Origin: Candidatus Woesearchaeota archaeon
GTDB taxonomy: Archaea; Nanobdellota; Nanobdellia; Woesearchaeales; ARS49
Assembly (NCBI GenBank): GCA_018302815.1
Contig: JAGVZE010000015.1
Location: 2,328-66,327 of the forward strand
DNA: 64,000 nt
Reading direction: 5' to 3'
Positions 44,916 to 54,218 of the stretch are shown here, piece by piece; position 1 is the stretch's first letter, and the number at the start of each line of letters is the position of its first letter. Both the position numbers and the translations under genes were made by a program. The notes beneath the pieces are model-generated. The model was not told the origin of the DNA. It did no database searches and saw only the letters and a program-made list of their open reading frames with translations.

Positions 44916-46016
44916 TTAGCTTCTTGCCTCCGCGATAACTTCACTAATCCTTGCGAACCCATCTGCTTGAATAAGATTCACAAGCTCGCGATTGATTTTC
45001 GAAATGACAGTCGGACCTTCGTAAATCATGGACGTCACCAATTGGACGAGCGAAGCGCCATTCTTTAGCTTCTCATACGCGTCTTTTCCTGTGAATATTC
45101 CTCCGCAGCCCATAAGGATTTTATCTGTGCGTTTGCTCACAAACGAGAGCGCATTGTTAGACTGAGCCTGCACGGGCAAACCGCTGAGCGCGCCCTTTGG
45201 CGAAAGCGCATCGAGTTGTTCCTTGCTAGTATTCATTCCAACACGGTTTGTGCGCAAATTGCTGATGATAAATCCAGTAACCCACGGGTGCTTATCCGCG
45301 ATGTCGACGACTTCTCCAAGCTCGGCTTGGGTGAAATCGCTCTTGATTTTAAGAAACACAGGCTTTAGATGTTTCTCTTTCGCGATAGCCTTCAAAAGTA
45401 AATCGAGCTTATTCGGGTCCTGATAAGTGATGCCATCAGAAGTATTAGGACAGCTCACATTGATAGTTGTGTACGCGCCCAAATGATGCATTCTAAGGAA
45501 CGCCTTGCGGTAATCCTGAATGCCCTCTTCTAAACCGAGCGAAGGGTCGTTTGTTTTGGCAACACTAAAACCGATCGGGATTTTGAATCTCGCGCTTGCC
45601 AGACGATGCGAAATCACGTCCGCTCCTTGGTTGTAAAGCCCGTAATTCACAAGAATCGATTTCTCCTGCGGAAGCCTGAACAACCGCGGCCTTGGATTAC
45701 CAAGGCACGGTGCGCCAGTTATAGAACCAAGTTCTGCATGGCCAAAACCAATCTCTGGCAAAATTTTGTACAATTGAGCGTTCTTATCAAACCCTGCCGC
45801 AAGCCCAACAGGATTCTTGAAATCTATTCCAGCGACATTATTTCGTAAGGATGGGTGCTCATAATAAAACATCGCGCGAGTCAGCGCACGGCCAAATCCG
45901 GTGTTTCCAAGCGCTTTGCCTGTGCGCATCATTCTATCGTGCACGTTTTCAGGATCAAACTTAAAGAAAACAGGTTTTAGCACGTTTTTGTAGATTTGTT
46001 CTATCATTTCATCCAC
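44916..46016 (-). CDS. pyrD: dihydroorotate dehydrogenase, class 2 (quinone-type)
   Basis: Collinear with class-2 PyrD: FDPENVHDRMMRTG N-terminal extension, NPVGLAAGFDKN, GFGHAELGSITGAPCLGNPRPRLFRL, active-site Ser region NVSCPNT, C-terminal GCGGIFTGKDAYEKLKNGASLVQL. Confidence 0.85.
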   Translation of the reverse strand: MDEMIEQIYKNVLKPVFFKFDPENVHDRMMRTGKALGNTGFGRALTRAMFYYEHPSLRNNVAGIDFKNPVGLAAGFDKNAQLYKILPEIGFGHAELGSITGAPCLGNPRPRLFRLPQEKSILVNYGLYNQGADVISHRLASARFKIPIGFSVAKTNDPSLGLEEGIQDYRKAFLRMHHLGAYTTINVSCPNTSDGITYQDPNKLDLLLKAIAKEKHLKPVFLKIKSDFTQAELGEVVDIADKHPWVTGFIISNLRTNRVGMNTSKEQLDALSPKGALSGLPVQAQSNNALSFVSKRTDKILMGCGGIFTGKDAYEKLKNGASLVQLVTSMIYEGPTVISKINRELVNLIQADGFARISEVIAEARS

Positions 46017-47700
46017 CTCTGTGCGCCATCGGCGTACTGAATAAGAATATGTTTATTCCGATAATTACCAGCAACAACAATGTGTGTGGCAAAACAATTT
46101 TGATAGCTCCTAGCACTGAACCTTCTTTCACAAGAGCTATCCTGTACGCGACATATAGAGTGCCTATGCCTCCTACTCCTATAAGCGCGAATTGCAAACC
46201 TGAAATCACAGGTGAACTGGCAAGAGCACCTTCAAATGCCACTTTGCCTGTCACCAAACCAGCGAATGCTCCTATGATGGACTTTCCTTCCGCTAGCAAG
46301 TGGAACAAATTGTGCGCAAGATGCCCTGCCACATCAATTGGAATGAACGCGTAACCAAAAGCCGCGAAATTCGAAGCAGTAGACCCTTTGACCGATTGCA
46401 GCCTGCTCGATATAAAACTCGTAATGCTCATAAGTAACAATGGAATCGCTATAGCAGCGAAGTAAAGTATCGTTATGGCTACCTTCTCGCCAAATCCCCA
46501 ACCCATCACGACGCGTTGAAGGTCGCTCCAAACAGCAAGCATGCCAAGATTCTGGATTATGACGATACCAACCATCAATTTCGCAAAAAAACTCTCTGAG
46601 AAACTAACCTTAGCATGGCTCCAAAGCTCTGAAGCTATGCTTCGCGCTTTAAGCGCTATATTGTCATTAGGACAATTCTTGATGCAGCTGGCGCAAAGAT
46701 TGCAATTACGCATACCTGCCTTAGCAGGCATCGTAGAAAAATAAGGACAGCCAGGAGCCTTGCCGCTTCCAAAAAAGCAAGCCTTTGCCTTACAAGTCGC
46801 GCAAACTTCCGGATTCTTTGTCTCTATCGAAATGCCTGAAAGCATGGAGTAGTTCCCGCTAACTCCTCCAAGGAAGCAAATGTGCTTGCAGAAAGTGCGC
46901 CGCTCGTAAGTGGCGCTGATGATGACGACTCCAAATAATATCAGGACGAACACCGATCCTGACAGCCAAGGAGTATCAACCATTCCATATAACCTATCAA
47001 ATAACGTGATAGCGATGAATATTCCATCAGTAATCCAAATGCCATATTTGACAAGAAAACGCCCCGGCCTTCGCGCAGGGTGGATGAATTTTTGGACAAA
47101 ATCGCCAATGATTGGAAGCGGACATATGACGCACCAAATCCTGCCGAACAATATGAACGTCAAAGGAACAAGAGGCCACCACAAAGTCCAAGCAAGAATC
47201 GAACCCGGATTGCGTGAATATGAAAGAGAACCGAAAAAGAAGAAATAAAAGATAAAAATGAAAAAGATAAAAGTAGGTATTTGGAGCATTAACGGATAAG
47301 CCCTGCTTTTCATTAATTTGTTAATAATTGAGAACTCCAAAAGGTCCTTGCCCGCAAGCCCCCTGAAGAAGAAAATGAATCCGATGAGCAGAATACTTGC
47401 TAAAACAAACGTGATTCCGGTCACAATAGGAGACTTCTCCTGAACCATACTTGAATGGTCATGACCGCCGCTATCTGCTTGTTCGCCAGTTATTACTGGC
47501 TCCTGCGCAAGCATAACGTGGCCTGTATGCTCTTCGTGACCGCTGTTGACAACTTGTTCGGCTACTATAGTATTGTTTACAGTAGTGTTCTGCATAGGCA
47601 TTACGTGGCCTGTATGCTCTGAATGGATGTCTGAAACTGCCAGTACACTACCCGAAAGCAGGGCCACCAACAACCAAAACATTGTGAGTTTCGCTCGCAT
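46009..47700 (-). CDS. membrane-bound 4Fe-4S polyferredoxin (NapH/FixG-CcoG-like) with N-terminal His/Met-rich metal-binding region
   Basis: Signal/TM, then HSEHTGHVMPMQ...GHEEHTGHVMLAQ...GGHDHSSM. Multiple TM helices. Two ferredoxin-type Cys clusters (CATCKAKACFFGSGKAPGCPYF and CNLCASCIKNCPNDN). Overlaps pyrD start by 8 nt. Confidence 0.6.
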   Translation of the reverse strand: MRAKLTMFWLLVALLSGSVLAVSDIHSEHTGHVMPMQNTTVNNTIVAEQVVNSGHEEHTGHVMLAQEPVITGEQADSGGHDHSSMVQEKSPIVTGITFVLASILLIGFIFFFRGLAGKDLLEFSIINKLMKSRAYPLMLQIPTFIFFIFIFYFFFFGSLSYSRNPGSILAWTLWWPLVPLTFILFGRIWCVICPLPIIGDFVQKFIHPARRPGRFLVKYGIWITDGIFIAITLFDRLYGMVDTPWLSGSVFVLILFGVVIISATYERRTFCKHICFLGGVSGNYSMLSGISIETKNPEVCATCKAKACFFGSGKAPGCPYFSTMPAKAGMRNCNLCASCIKNCPNDNIALKARSIASELWSHAKVSFSESFFAKLMVGIVIIQNLGMLAVWSDLQRVVMGWGFGEKVAITILYFAAIAIPLLLMSITSFISSRLQSVKGSTASNFAAFGYAFIPIDVAGHLAHNLFHLLAEGKSIIGAFAGLVTGKVAFEGALASSPVISGLQFALIGVGGIGTLYVAYRIALVKEGSVLGAIKIVLPHTLLLLVIIGINIFLFSTPMAHRGG

Positions 47701-47758
47701 AACACGAGAAACCCTTGAAACACCTTATAGGTATACTGGTGAAACCAGTTTCACTGTC

Positions 47759-48256
47759 CTATTTCAGAATAACCGCGTTCGTCATACCCCGACGACGCCT
47801 CTCGATAATTCCTTTCGCTTCAAGCTTGTCAAGAATACGCGTAACTTTAACCTTTGATAAACCCGTCTTTTCCACAAGCTCATTTTGGAAAATCATGCCA
47901 TCTGCCTTGGCTATGAGATCAAACATGGTTGATTCTTCAGAGCCCAAACCCTTTGCTGCCTTTCGTGCTTTACTTACTGCCTTTTCCTCGGGACTTTTTT
48001 TAAGAAACAAGACAAGACCAAACGTGAACAAAGCGATATCCGCGAACAAACCCGCATATTTAAGTGAGGCCAACGTGTTCAACTGAACAAACGGACAGGA
48101 TCTTCCATCATCATGCGTACATTCGCCTGAAGGCCCCACTTCATGACCCTCAAGAAGCGCCTGCTCGGCAGCACTCGCATAGGCAAAACCCAGTACGAAT
48201 AGAACAATAGCAGCAAACATAATGCCGATTCCGATGGCTTGATTGAATTTCATCAT
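47759..48256 (-). CDS. membrane-tethered winged-helix transcriptional regulator
   Basis: N-terminal TM helix, extracytoplasmic stretch with GHEVGPSGECTHDDGRSCPF (possible metal/redox sensor), second TM, then C-terminal wHTH (LSKVKVTRILDKLEAKGIIERRRRG). Confidence 0.5.
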   Translation of the reverse strand: MMKFNQAIGIGIMFAAIVLFVLGFAYASAAEQALLEGHEVGPSGECTHDDGRSCPFVQLNTLASLKYAGLFADIALFTFGLVLFLKKSPEEKAVSKARKAAKGLGSEESTMFDLIAKADGMIFQNELVEKTGLSKVKVTRILDKLEAKGIIERRRRGMTNAVILK

Positions 48257-48339
48257 ACTATTATAAAAAAAGAGAGTATTTAAATATTTACGTTCGCACT
48301 GGAAAATCATGAATTGCCTTGTTCTAAATCAGGGCAAAC

Positions 48340-48909
48340 TTGGAAAATGAGGTGAGTTCATATGGAAAAAACAACAAACTGGGCTTTCTTGATTTCGGCA
48401 TAATTGGACGCCTTCCAAAAGATACGCGCAAGAAGCTTTTACTAATTTTAAGCCATCTTGTGCGCAAAGAATTCGATGAGGCCATCAAGCACACATTAGA
48501 AATAGCGCAGATTTGCGCAGAATCTGACATTCAAGGGTATGAAAGCAAGCTATACGGTATCTTCACTTCTTGGTACGGTTCACAGCTCAAAGAAGGAACG
48601 CTCACAAGAGCGTTCTTCAACGCCATTGCACAAGGAATCCACCATAAAGTATATTTCGCATCTGACTTAGTTCTTTTCTCAAAAATGCTTGTAACAACAG
48701 AATCAGTCGGAGCGCTTCTTAATCCGGATTTTGACATCAGCGTTGACGCAAGACCGTTCATCGAAGAAACTATGAGAGCGGAAATGAGCCCCATCAAATT
48801 CATCAAAGGATTCATCAGGAACGCATTAGAACATGGAGAATTCATCGAGGAATTGCCAACACATATAATCAAACTAATAAAGAAAATTGAAGAACACGAA
48901 CATTTCTAG
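48340..48909 (+). pseudogene. ABC1/UbiB-family atypical kinase, C-terminal fragment only
   Basis: Begins essentially at the kinase DFG motif (GFLDFGIIGRLPKDTRKKLLLILSHLVRKEFDEAIKHTLEI, collinear with the UbiB/ABC1 region after DFG). The roughly 300 N-terminal residues with the ATP-binding lobe are absent. Only 29 nt separate it from the upstream divergent gene. Confidence 0.5.
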
Positions 48910-48916
48910 GTCAGAC

Positions 48917-49531
48917 TTATGCAACGACTTTCGGTTTTGTCTTTGAAATTTCTGCCGCGCCAGAACCTTTCTTAGCTTCGCGCATGACTACATTCCTGCC
49001 CTTGACTTTGGTCGCTGCATCTTCAACGATAATCGAGCAGTGGCACGGAACTTTGTGAGACGCTTTCTTTAGCGCCTGTCTTGCAAGAGCGATATGCTCT
49101 TTAGTTGTCTTGATTGTAAAAATAGGCTGACCCTTCTTGACTTGCGCCGCAAGACCTATTGGCTTACCATAATTGTGAGCCATACCAGTAGACAAACGGT
49201 CCGCACCAGCGCCTGACGCGAGCGGGTTCTCACGAACGATATGATGAGGATACAAACGCATTTGCATAAAATAACCGGCTTTTCCAAGAACTTTCTCGAG
49301 CGTACGGTTAGACGTCTGACGAGCGCTCTCAAGCGAAGCGTCACGAATCTGCAAAGTGTCACCTGCTATCAAGTGGACACTAAGAGGATATTGAGCCTGA
49401 GAACCACCCGCATAACGGGAAATGCGAACCTGAGGACGGGCACGAATGTAACAGAGCTTTTTATATTTCGAGAAGCGAGTATACGCCCTTTTTATACCCC
49501 TGTAACACTTCCAATTACGAAGCTTCGCCAT
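48917..49531 (-). CDS. rpl10e: 50S ribosomal protein L10e (uL16)
   Basis: MAKLRNWKCYRGIKRAYTRFSKYKKLCYIRARP...MRLYPHHIVRENP...KPIGLAAQVKKGQPIF is archaeal L10e throughout. Confidence 0.9.
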   Translation of the reverse strand: MAKLRNWKCYRGIKRAYTRFSKYKKLCYIRARPQVRISRYAGGSQAQYPLSVHLIAGDTLQIRDASLESARQTSNRTLEKVLGKAGYFMQMRLYPHHIVRENPLASGAGADRLSTGMAHNYGKPIGLAAQVKKGQPIFTIKTTKEHIALARQALKKASHKVPCHCSIIVEDAATKVKGRNVVMREAKKGSGAAEISKTKPKVVA

Positions 49532-49567
49532 GACTCAACGCTGGAGATTGGTCCTTTATAAAGCTTC

Positions 49568-52500
49568 CTATTTGCGTCGCGTTCTTGTTCTTGCGGCGTT
49601 TTCCTGCCATTGCCGCAATCTCTTATCAACCCTCGCTAAGTCCTTTTTAATAGCTAGAAGATCCACGTCTTTTTTGTTCGAGCCTTTTTTACGCCTCGCT
49701 CGAATAAATAAGCCAATCAGTCCCATAATTGCAACGAGAGCCAAAAGTTCAGATGATGCGATTTCCCAAAGACCTGCAGTTATAGAGCCAAGATTGCCCT
49801 GCACTTGTCCTGCCGCAACCGAAAGTCCAGTTGGGTTTTCAACAGTAGCTAGGAATCCTGCCGCCAAGGTTATGATTGTTATGGCCAGCGCATTCAATGT
49901 TTTACGCGCAATAGGTTTGTCCAGTTTTCGCAGCTCTATGATGACCATTCCATCAGCTATTTGTTTCACTTTGACAGTCATATCGTCCTTGCCATCATTG
50001 TCTGCGTCGATGAACGCCCATCGTTTTGGCATCAATCGCAGTTGTTTACCAGAAACGCTAAATGTGGCGCAGTTCTTTGCCACTCGCTCGATGTGTAGTT
50101 CGGTTCGAACATCATTTACCGTGAACAGCACGCGGTCTTTAACACGAAGCGCAACAGTAGTCATAACGCTTCCTGCAAGGCGGAATGTTCGAGCTCTGTG
50201 CCGCGTAGATACCTTTTCGTCTTTCTTGCGATTGTATGCCAAGTAATACGCGATGAACAGGATAACTGCCAAAACAATGAGTGAACTCCAACCACTGCCA
50301 AATCCGTTCTCCTGATCCGAAGTTTTCCTATCTAACGCGCGGCCCACCATCTCTCCTATGTCTTTATTCAACGCTCCGGCCGGAGTTTCTCTGTTTAGCA
50401 CATTGGTTGCCTTAACATCATCCGCACTGTTTTTATTCGTGAAGAATCCTGCAGAGTCAGATTTTGTCAGTTCGAGGAGCAGCGATGCTTTCGCCTTTTC
50501 CACGCCAAGCAAAGTCACTTTCAAATCGCGCAAACCATCCGCGTTCAAGTCAACATCAATAGTCTGTCCAGGATATATCGCGAATTCCTGCAATGGATCC
50601 TTGGTTCTGAACCAGACAGGAAGAACTGATGATTCTAGCATTATCAATGAGAATTCTTGCTCGGGAGTCCTAATAATCACCTTATCGAGTTTGCCAAGAT
50701 AGGGCGTTGTGAAATTACCTGCGCTCATGCTGTACGTTTTCGCCTGTCCGCCTGCGCCACCGCCCCCTCCGCCCCCACCAGAACGTCCAGAGCCTGCTGA
50801 AGCGCCCTGTTGGACTGAGAACGCGCTAAATGCGTTAGTTTGGATTGTGAACGTGTCAGCACTTTTGTTTTGTACTGCTGCGTGAGAACTCCATGTTCCT
50901 TCGCACGTTCGCGTTGTGAAATTCCAATTCGCACATTTAACTATGCTTAGCAAATCTTCATTCGTGTAACCAGAACCGGCATAACTTATCACCAGTTCTG
51001 CTGACGTGAAATTGTACGTGCTGTTGAAACCATACGTTATTAGGAAATCTTCAACGGAAGTAAGGTCGACCCCGAGAGTATCATTGTCAAATATCGATAG
51101 GTTGATAGAGTTCAATCTTGTGAGGAGTGCCCCTCCAAACTGAGTGTAGAATAAATCGTATACTATATCAGAAATCTCTTCAGTTGTAGTTCCGTTGAAA
51201 ATCTGCAAGTCTATTCTAGTATTTGTGCTGGCCAGGAATACAGTTAAGTTTGATTCAATCCCATTAAGAGTGCTGTTAACGACATTGAAAGTAATATTCC
51301 TTCTCAAAGTACCTGCGAAGAACAGGTCAATCACAGGAACCACTCCTAGCGTTCCGTTTACCCAGTATGTGATGTTGTGCCGGCCAGGAATCACCACGGT
51401 GTACGCAGTCGGAGATGGAAGAACAATTATTGTTCCATTGGGCAAAGTAATGTTAACGAGCACCGGAACGCCATTTGCGGTCCCGTTAAGCGACACGTTT
51501 TGCCCTACAATAGGATCGTATGGGCTCGTCGTAGCGTTAATAATTGGAACACCACCTATCACGGTGATATTCGCAACGTGCGTGACATTGCTGTTGCCGG
51601 CACTATCATTTATCGTCATGTTAAGCGTATAATTTCCGGGAGTGAGATTCGCAGGAATAGTGAAATTTATCGGCAGCTGCGAACTGCTGTTAATCGTAAT
51701 CGGACCCTGAACCACCGTAACATTTCCTGAGCTGTTGTATAGAATGAATGTTATGTTTATCGGGAACTCACTGCTAGTGAAGTTCACTGAAACATTCTCT
51801 TCAGACTGGTTGTTGATTATTGGTGATTGAGGACTTGTCGTGACATTCGTAATGTTTGGAGGCGCATTCTCTGAAACGTTAAACGAGGTCTGCGTGTCGT
51901 TCACATTCCCGCTCGTGTCATTTGCTATGAATGTGACGTTATATTGCCCTGATAGGTTAGGAATCAGGAACGAAGCATTATACTTGCTCCCGGCCGCAAA
52001 TGAAAGGTTGATTATCTGAGTCGTGCCATTCGGAAACGTTATATTGGCAACAACTTTGTCAACCGCAACATTATCAGTCACATTCACGCTTATCTCAATC
52101 GTCTGGCTCTTGTTGAACGTAGCATTCGGCCGCGGGTCAAAAATGAGCGGAGGCATGATGTCAACAACTGTTATGTTCGCGACGTGAACCTCCACATTGT
52201 TGCCATTCGAATCGTTCACAGTCATATTGAGCGTGTAATTCCCAATGCTCAGGTTCGCAGGAATTGTGAAGTTAATAGGCAGGTCTGAACTGCTGTTCAC
52301 CTGCGTTGGGCCCTGAACAACGATAACGCTTCCAGTGCTATTGTACAATATGAAAGTCACATTAATCGGGAACTCACTGCTCGTGAAGTTCACCGAGACA
52401 TTTTGCTCAGACTGATTGTTCGTTATCGGCGAAGCAGGACTTGTCGTAATGTTTGTGTGCGGAACCGCAAAAGACGCGTTATATTTGTTTCCAACGGCAA

Positions 52501-54115
52501 GCGACAAGTTGACAATCATGCTCGTACCATTCGGGAATGTTATGTTCGCGCGCACTGAATTCACGCCAATGTTGTCAGTCACGTTCGCAGCTATCTCAAT
52601 CGTCTGGCTCGTGTTGAATGTCGAATTCGCAGAAGGACGGACATCGAAAACGAGCGGCGCACTTATGTCTGTCACGTCAAAGAAACCCGTCTCAGTATTG
52701 TTTGAATTGCCCGTCGTGTCGTTCGCCAAAATCCTGAACGTATATGTTCCGTTTAGCTCTGGAGTCGTGAAATTCGCGCTGTACTTGGTCCCATTTTCCA
52801 AAAACAGCTGGATGAGCTGGAACGTGCCGTTGGGGAAGCTGACATTAACAAAGACCGAACCTATGCCAATATTATCAGTCACATTCGCCGACAAGGTTAT
52901 GTTCTGATTCGTGGCAAAATTCGTGCCGTTCATCGGCTGCAAGTCAATAACCTGCGGAGGCTCGCCGTCAGCAGACACGAAAAATGTAGTTTGCGTATTG
53001 TTGAGATTGCCGCTTGTATCGTTCGCGATGAATGTGATGTTGTATTGCCCTGTGAGGTTTGGCACGGTGAATGACGCGTTGTACTTGTTTCCTGCGGCAA
53101 GCGTTAAGTTGATTATTTGGGAGGTTCCGTTGGGGAATGTTATGTTCGCGCGCACAGTGCTTACCTGCACGTTGTCTGTCACGTTCGCTGATATCTCTAT
53201 CGTATCGCTCGTGTTGAATGAGGAGTTTTGCGCTGGGCGAACATCGAAAACGAGCGGAGGAGTGATGTCTATTACTGTTATGTTTGCGACGTGAACCTCC
53301 ACATTGTTGCCGTTCGAATCGTTCACAGTCATATTGAGCGTGTAATTCCCAATGTTCAGGTTCGCAGGAATTGTGAAGTTAATAGGCAGGTCTGAACTGC
53401 TGTTCACCTGCGTTGGGCCCTGAACAACGATAACGCTTCCTGTGCTATTGTACAATATGAAAGTCACATTGATCGGGAACTCATCGCTTGTGAAATTCAC
53501 AGTCACATTCTGAACACTTTGATTGTTAGTTATGGGCGAACCAGGACTTGTTGTAACATTTGTGATATTCGGAGCCCTAAAGTCGCTTGCGACAAAGAAC
53601 GAGGTAGTAGAACCGTTAATGTTTCCGCTGGTGTCGTTTGCGATGAATGTGATGTTGTATTGACCTGTTAGGTTTGGTATGCTGAATGATGAGTTGTACT
53701 TGTTTCCTGTTGTGATCGTCAGGTTTATGAGTTGTGATGTGCCATTGGGGAATGTGATGTTCGCCTGGACAACTCCAACTTGAACGTTGTCGGTCACGTT
53801 CGCAGATATCTCAATAGTGTCGCTCGTGTTGAATGTCGAGTTCGCAGAAGGGCGGACATCGAATACGAGCGGAGGAGTAATGTCGATGACCGTGATGTTC
53901 GCAACGTGCGTCTCAATGCTGTTGCCATTCGAATCATTCACAGTCATATTCAAGACGTAAGTTCCAATGCTAAGATTCGCAGGAATGGTGAAGTTTATCG
54001 GCAACTGTCCGCTGCTGTTGATTTGCGTTGGGCCCTGCACTACGATGACTGCTCCAGTACTGTTATAAAGAATGAACGTAACATTAATCGGGAACTCACT
54101 GCTCGTGAAGTTCAC
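49568..54115 (-). CDS. giant surface adhesin-like protein, C-terminal portion (repeat modules, Gly-rich linker, C-terminal TM anchor)
   Basis: Repeated about 95-aa modules (ANITFPNGT...VTDN...). Extreme density of N-x-S/T sequons. GGGGGGGAGG linker. C-terminal hydrophobic anchor (LLALVAIMGLIGLFI) plus RARRKKG tail. Begins with the same module that ends the upstream ORF. Confidence 0.75.
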   Translation of the reverse strand: MNFTSSEFPINVTFILYNSTGAVIVVQGPTQINSSGQLPINFTIPANLSIGTYVLNMTVNDSNGNSIETHVANITVIDITPPLVFDVRPSANSTFNTSDTIEISANVTDNVQVGVVQANITFPNGTSQLINLTITTGNKYNSSFSIPNLTGQYNITFIANDTSGNINGSTTSFFVASDFRAPNITNVTTSPGSPITNNQSVQNVTVNFTSDEFPINVTFILYNSTGSVIVVQGPTQVNSSSDLPINFTIPANLNIGNYTLNMTVNDSNGNNVEVHVANITVIDITPPLVFDVRPAQNSSFNTSDTIEISANVTDNVQVSTVRANITFPNGTSQIINLTLAAGNKYNASFTVPNLTGQYNITFIANDTSGNLNNTQTTFFVSADGEPPQVIDLQPMNGTNFATNQNITLSANVTDNIGIGSVFVNVSFPNGTFQLIQLFLENGTKYSANFTTPELNGTYTFRILANDTTGNSNNTETGFFDVTDISAPLVFDVRPSANSTFNTSQTIEIAANVTDNIGVNSVRANITFPNGTSMIVNLSLAVGNKYNASFAVPHTNITTSPASPITNNQSEQNVSVNFTSSEFPINVTFILYNSTGSVIVVQGPTQVNSSSDLPINFTIPANLSIGNYTLNMTVNDSNGNNVEVHVANITVVDIMPPLIFDPRPNATFNKSQTIEISVNVTDNVAVDKVVANITFPNGTTQIINLSFAAGSKYNASFLIPNLSGQYNVTFIANDTSGNVNDTQTSFNVSENAPPNITNVTTSPQSPIINNQSEENVSVNFTSSEFPINITFILYNSSGNVTVVQGPITINSSSQLPINFTIPANLTPGNYTLNMTINDSAGNSNVTHVANITVIGGVPIINATTSPYDPIVGQNVSLNGTANGVPVLVNITLPNGTIIVLPSPTAYTVVIPGRHNITYWVNGTLGVVPVIDLFFAGTLRRNITFNVVNSTLNGIESNLTVFLASTNTRIDLQIFNGTTTEEISDIVYDLFYTQFGGALLTRLNSINLSIFDNDTLGVDLTSVEDFLITYGFNSTYNFTSAELVISYAGSGYTNEDLLSIVKCANWNFTTRTCEGTWSSHAAVQNKSADTFTIQTNAFSAFSVQQGASAGSGRSGGGGGGGGAGGQAKTYSMSAGNFTTPYLGKLDKVIIRTPEQEFSLIMLESSVLPVWFRTKDPLQEFAIYPGQTIDVDLNADGLRDLKVTLLGVEKAKASLLLELTKSDSAGFFTNKNSADDVKATNVLNRETPAGALNKDIGEMVGRALDRKTSDQENGFGSGWSSLIVLAVILFIAYYLAYNRKKDEKVSTRHRARTFRLAGSVMTTVALRVKDRVLFTVNDVRTELHIERVAKNCATFSVSGKQLRLMPKRWAFIDADNDGKDDMTVKVKQIADGMVIIELRKLDKPIARKTLNALAITIITLAAGFLATVENPTGLSVAAGQVQGNLGSITAGLWEIASSELLALVAIMGLIGLFIRARRKKGSNKKDVDLLAIKKDLARVDKRLRQWQENAARTRTRRK

Positions 54116-54142
54116 CGAGACATTTTGCTCAGACTGATTGTT

Positions 54143-54218
54143 CGTTATCGGCGAAGCAGGACTTGTCGTAATGTTTGTGTCGTTATCGGCGAAGCAGGAC
54201 TTGTCGTAATGTTTGTGA
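54143..54218 (-). repeat. 38-bp tandem duplication (2 copies) that frameshifts the giant surface-protein gene
   Basis: CGTTATCGGCGAAGCAGGACTTGTCGTAATGTTTGTG(T/A) occurs twice in tandem (54143-54180, 54181-54218). The paralogous module at about 52402-52440 has one copy. 38 is not divisible by 3. The upstream ORF stops at 54145 and the downstream ORF restarts at 54115. Confidence 0.7.
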
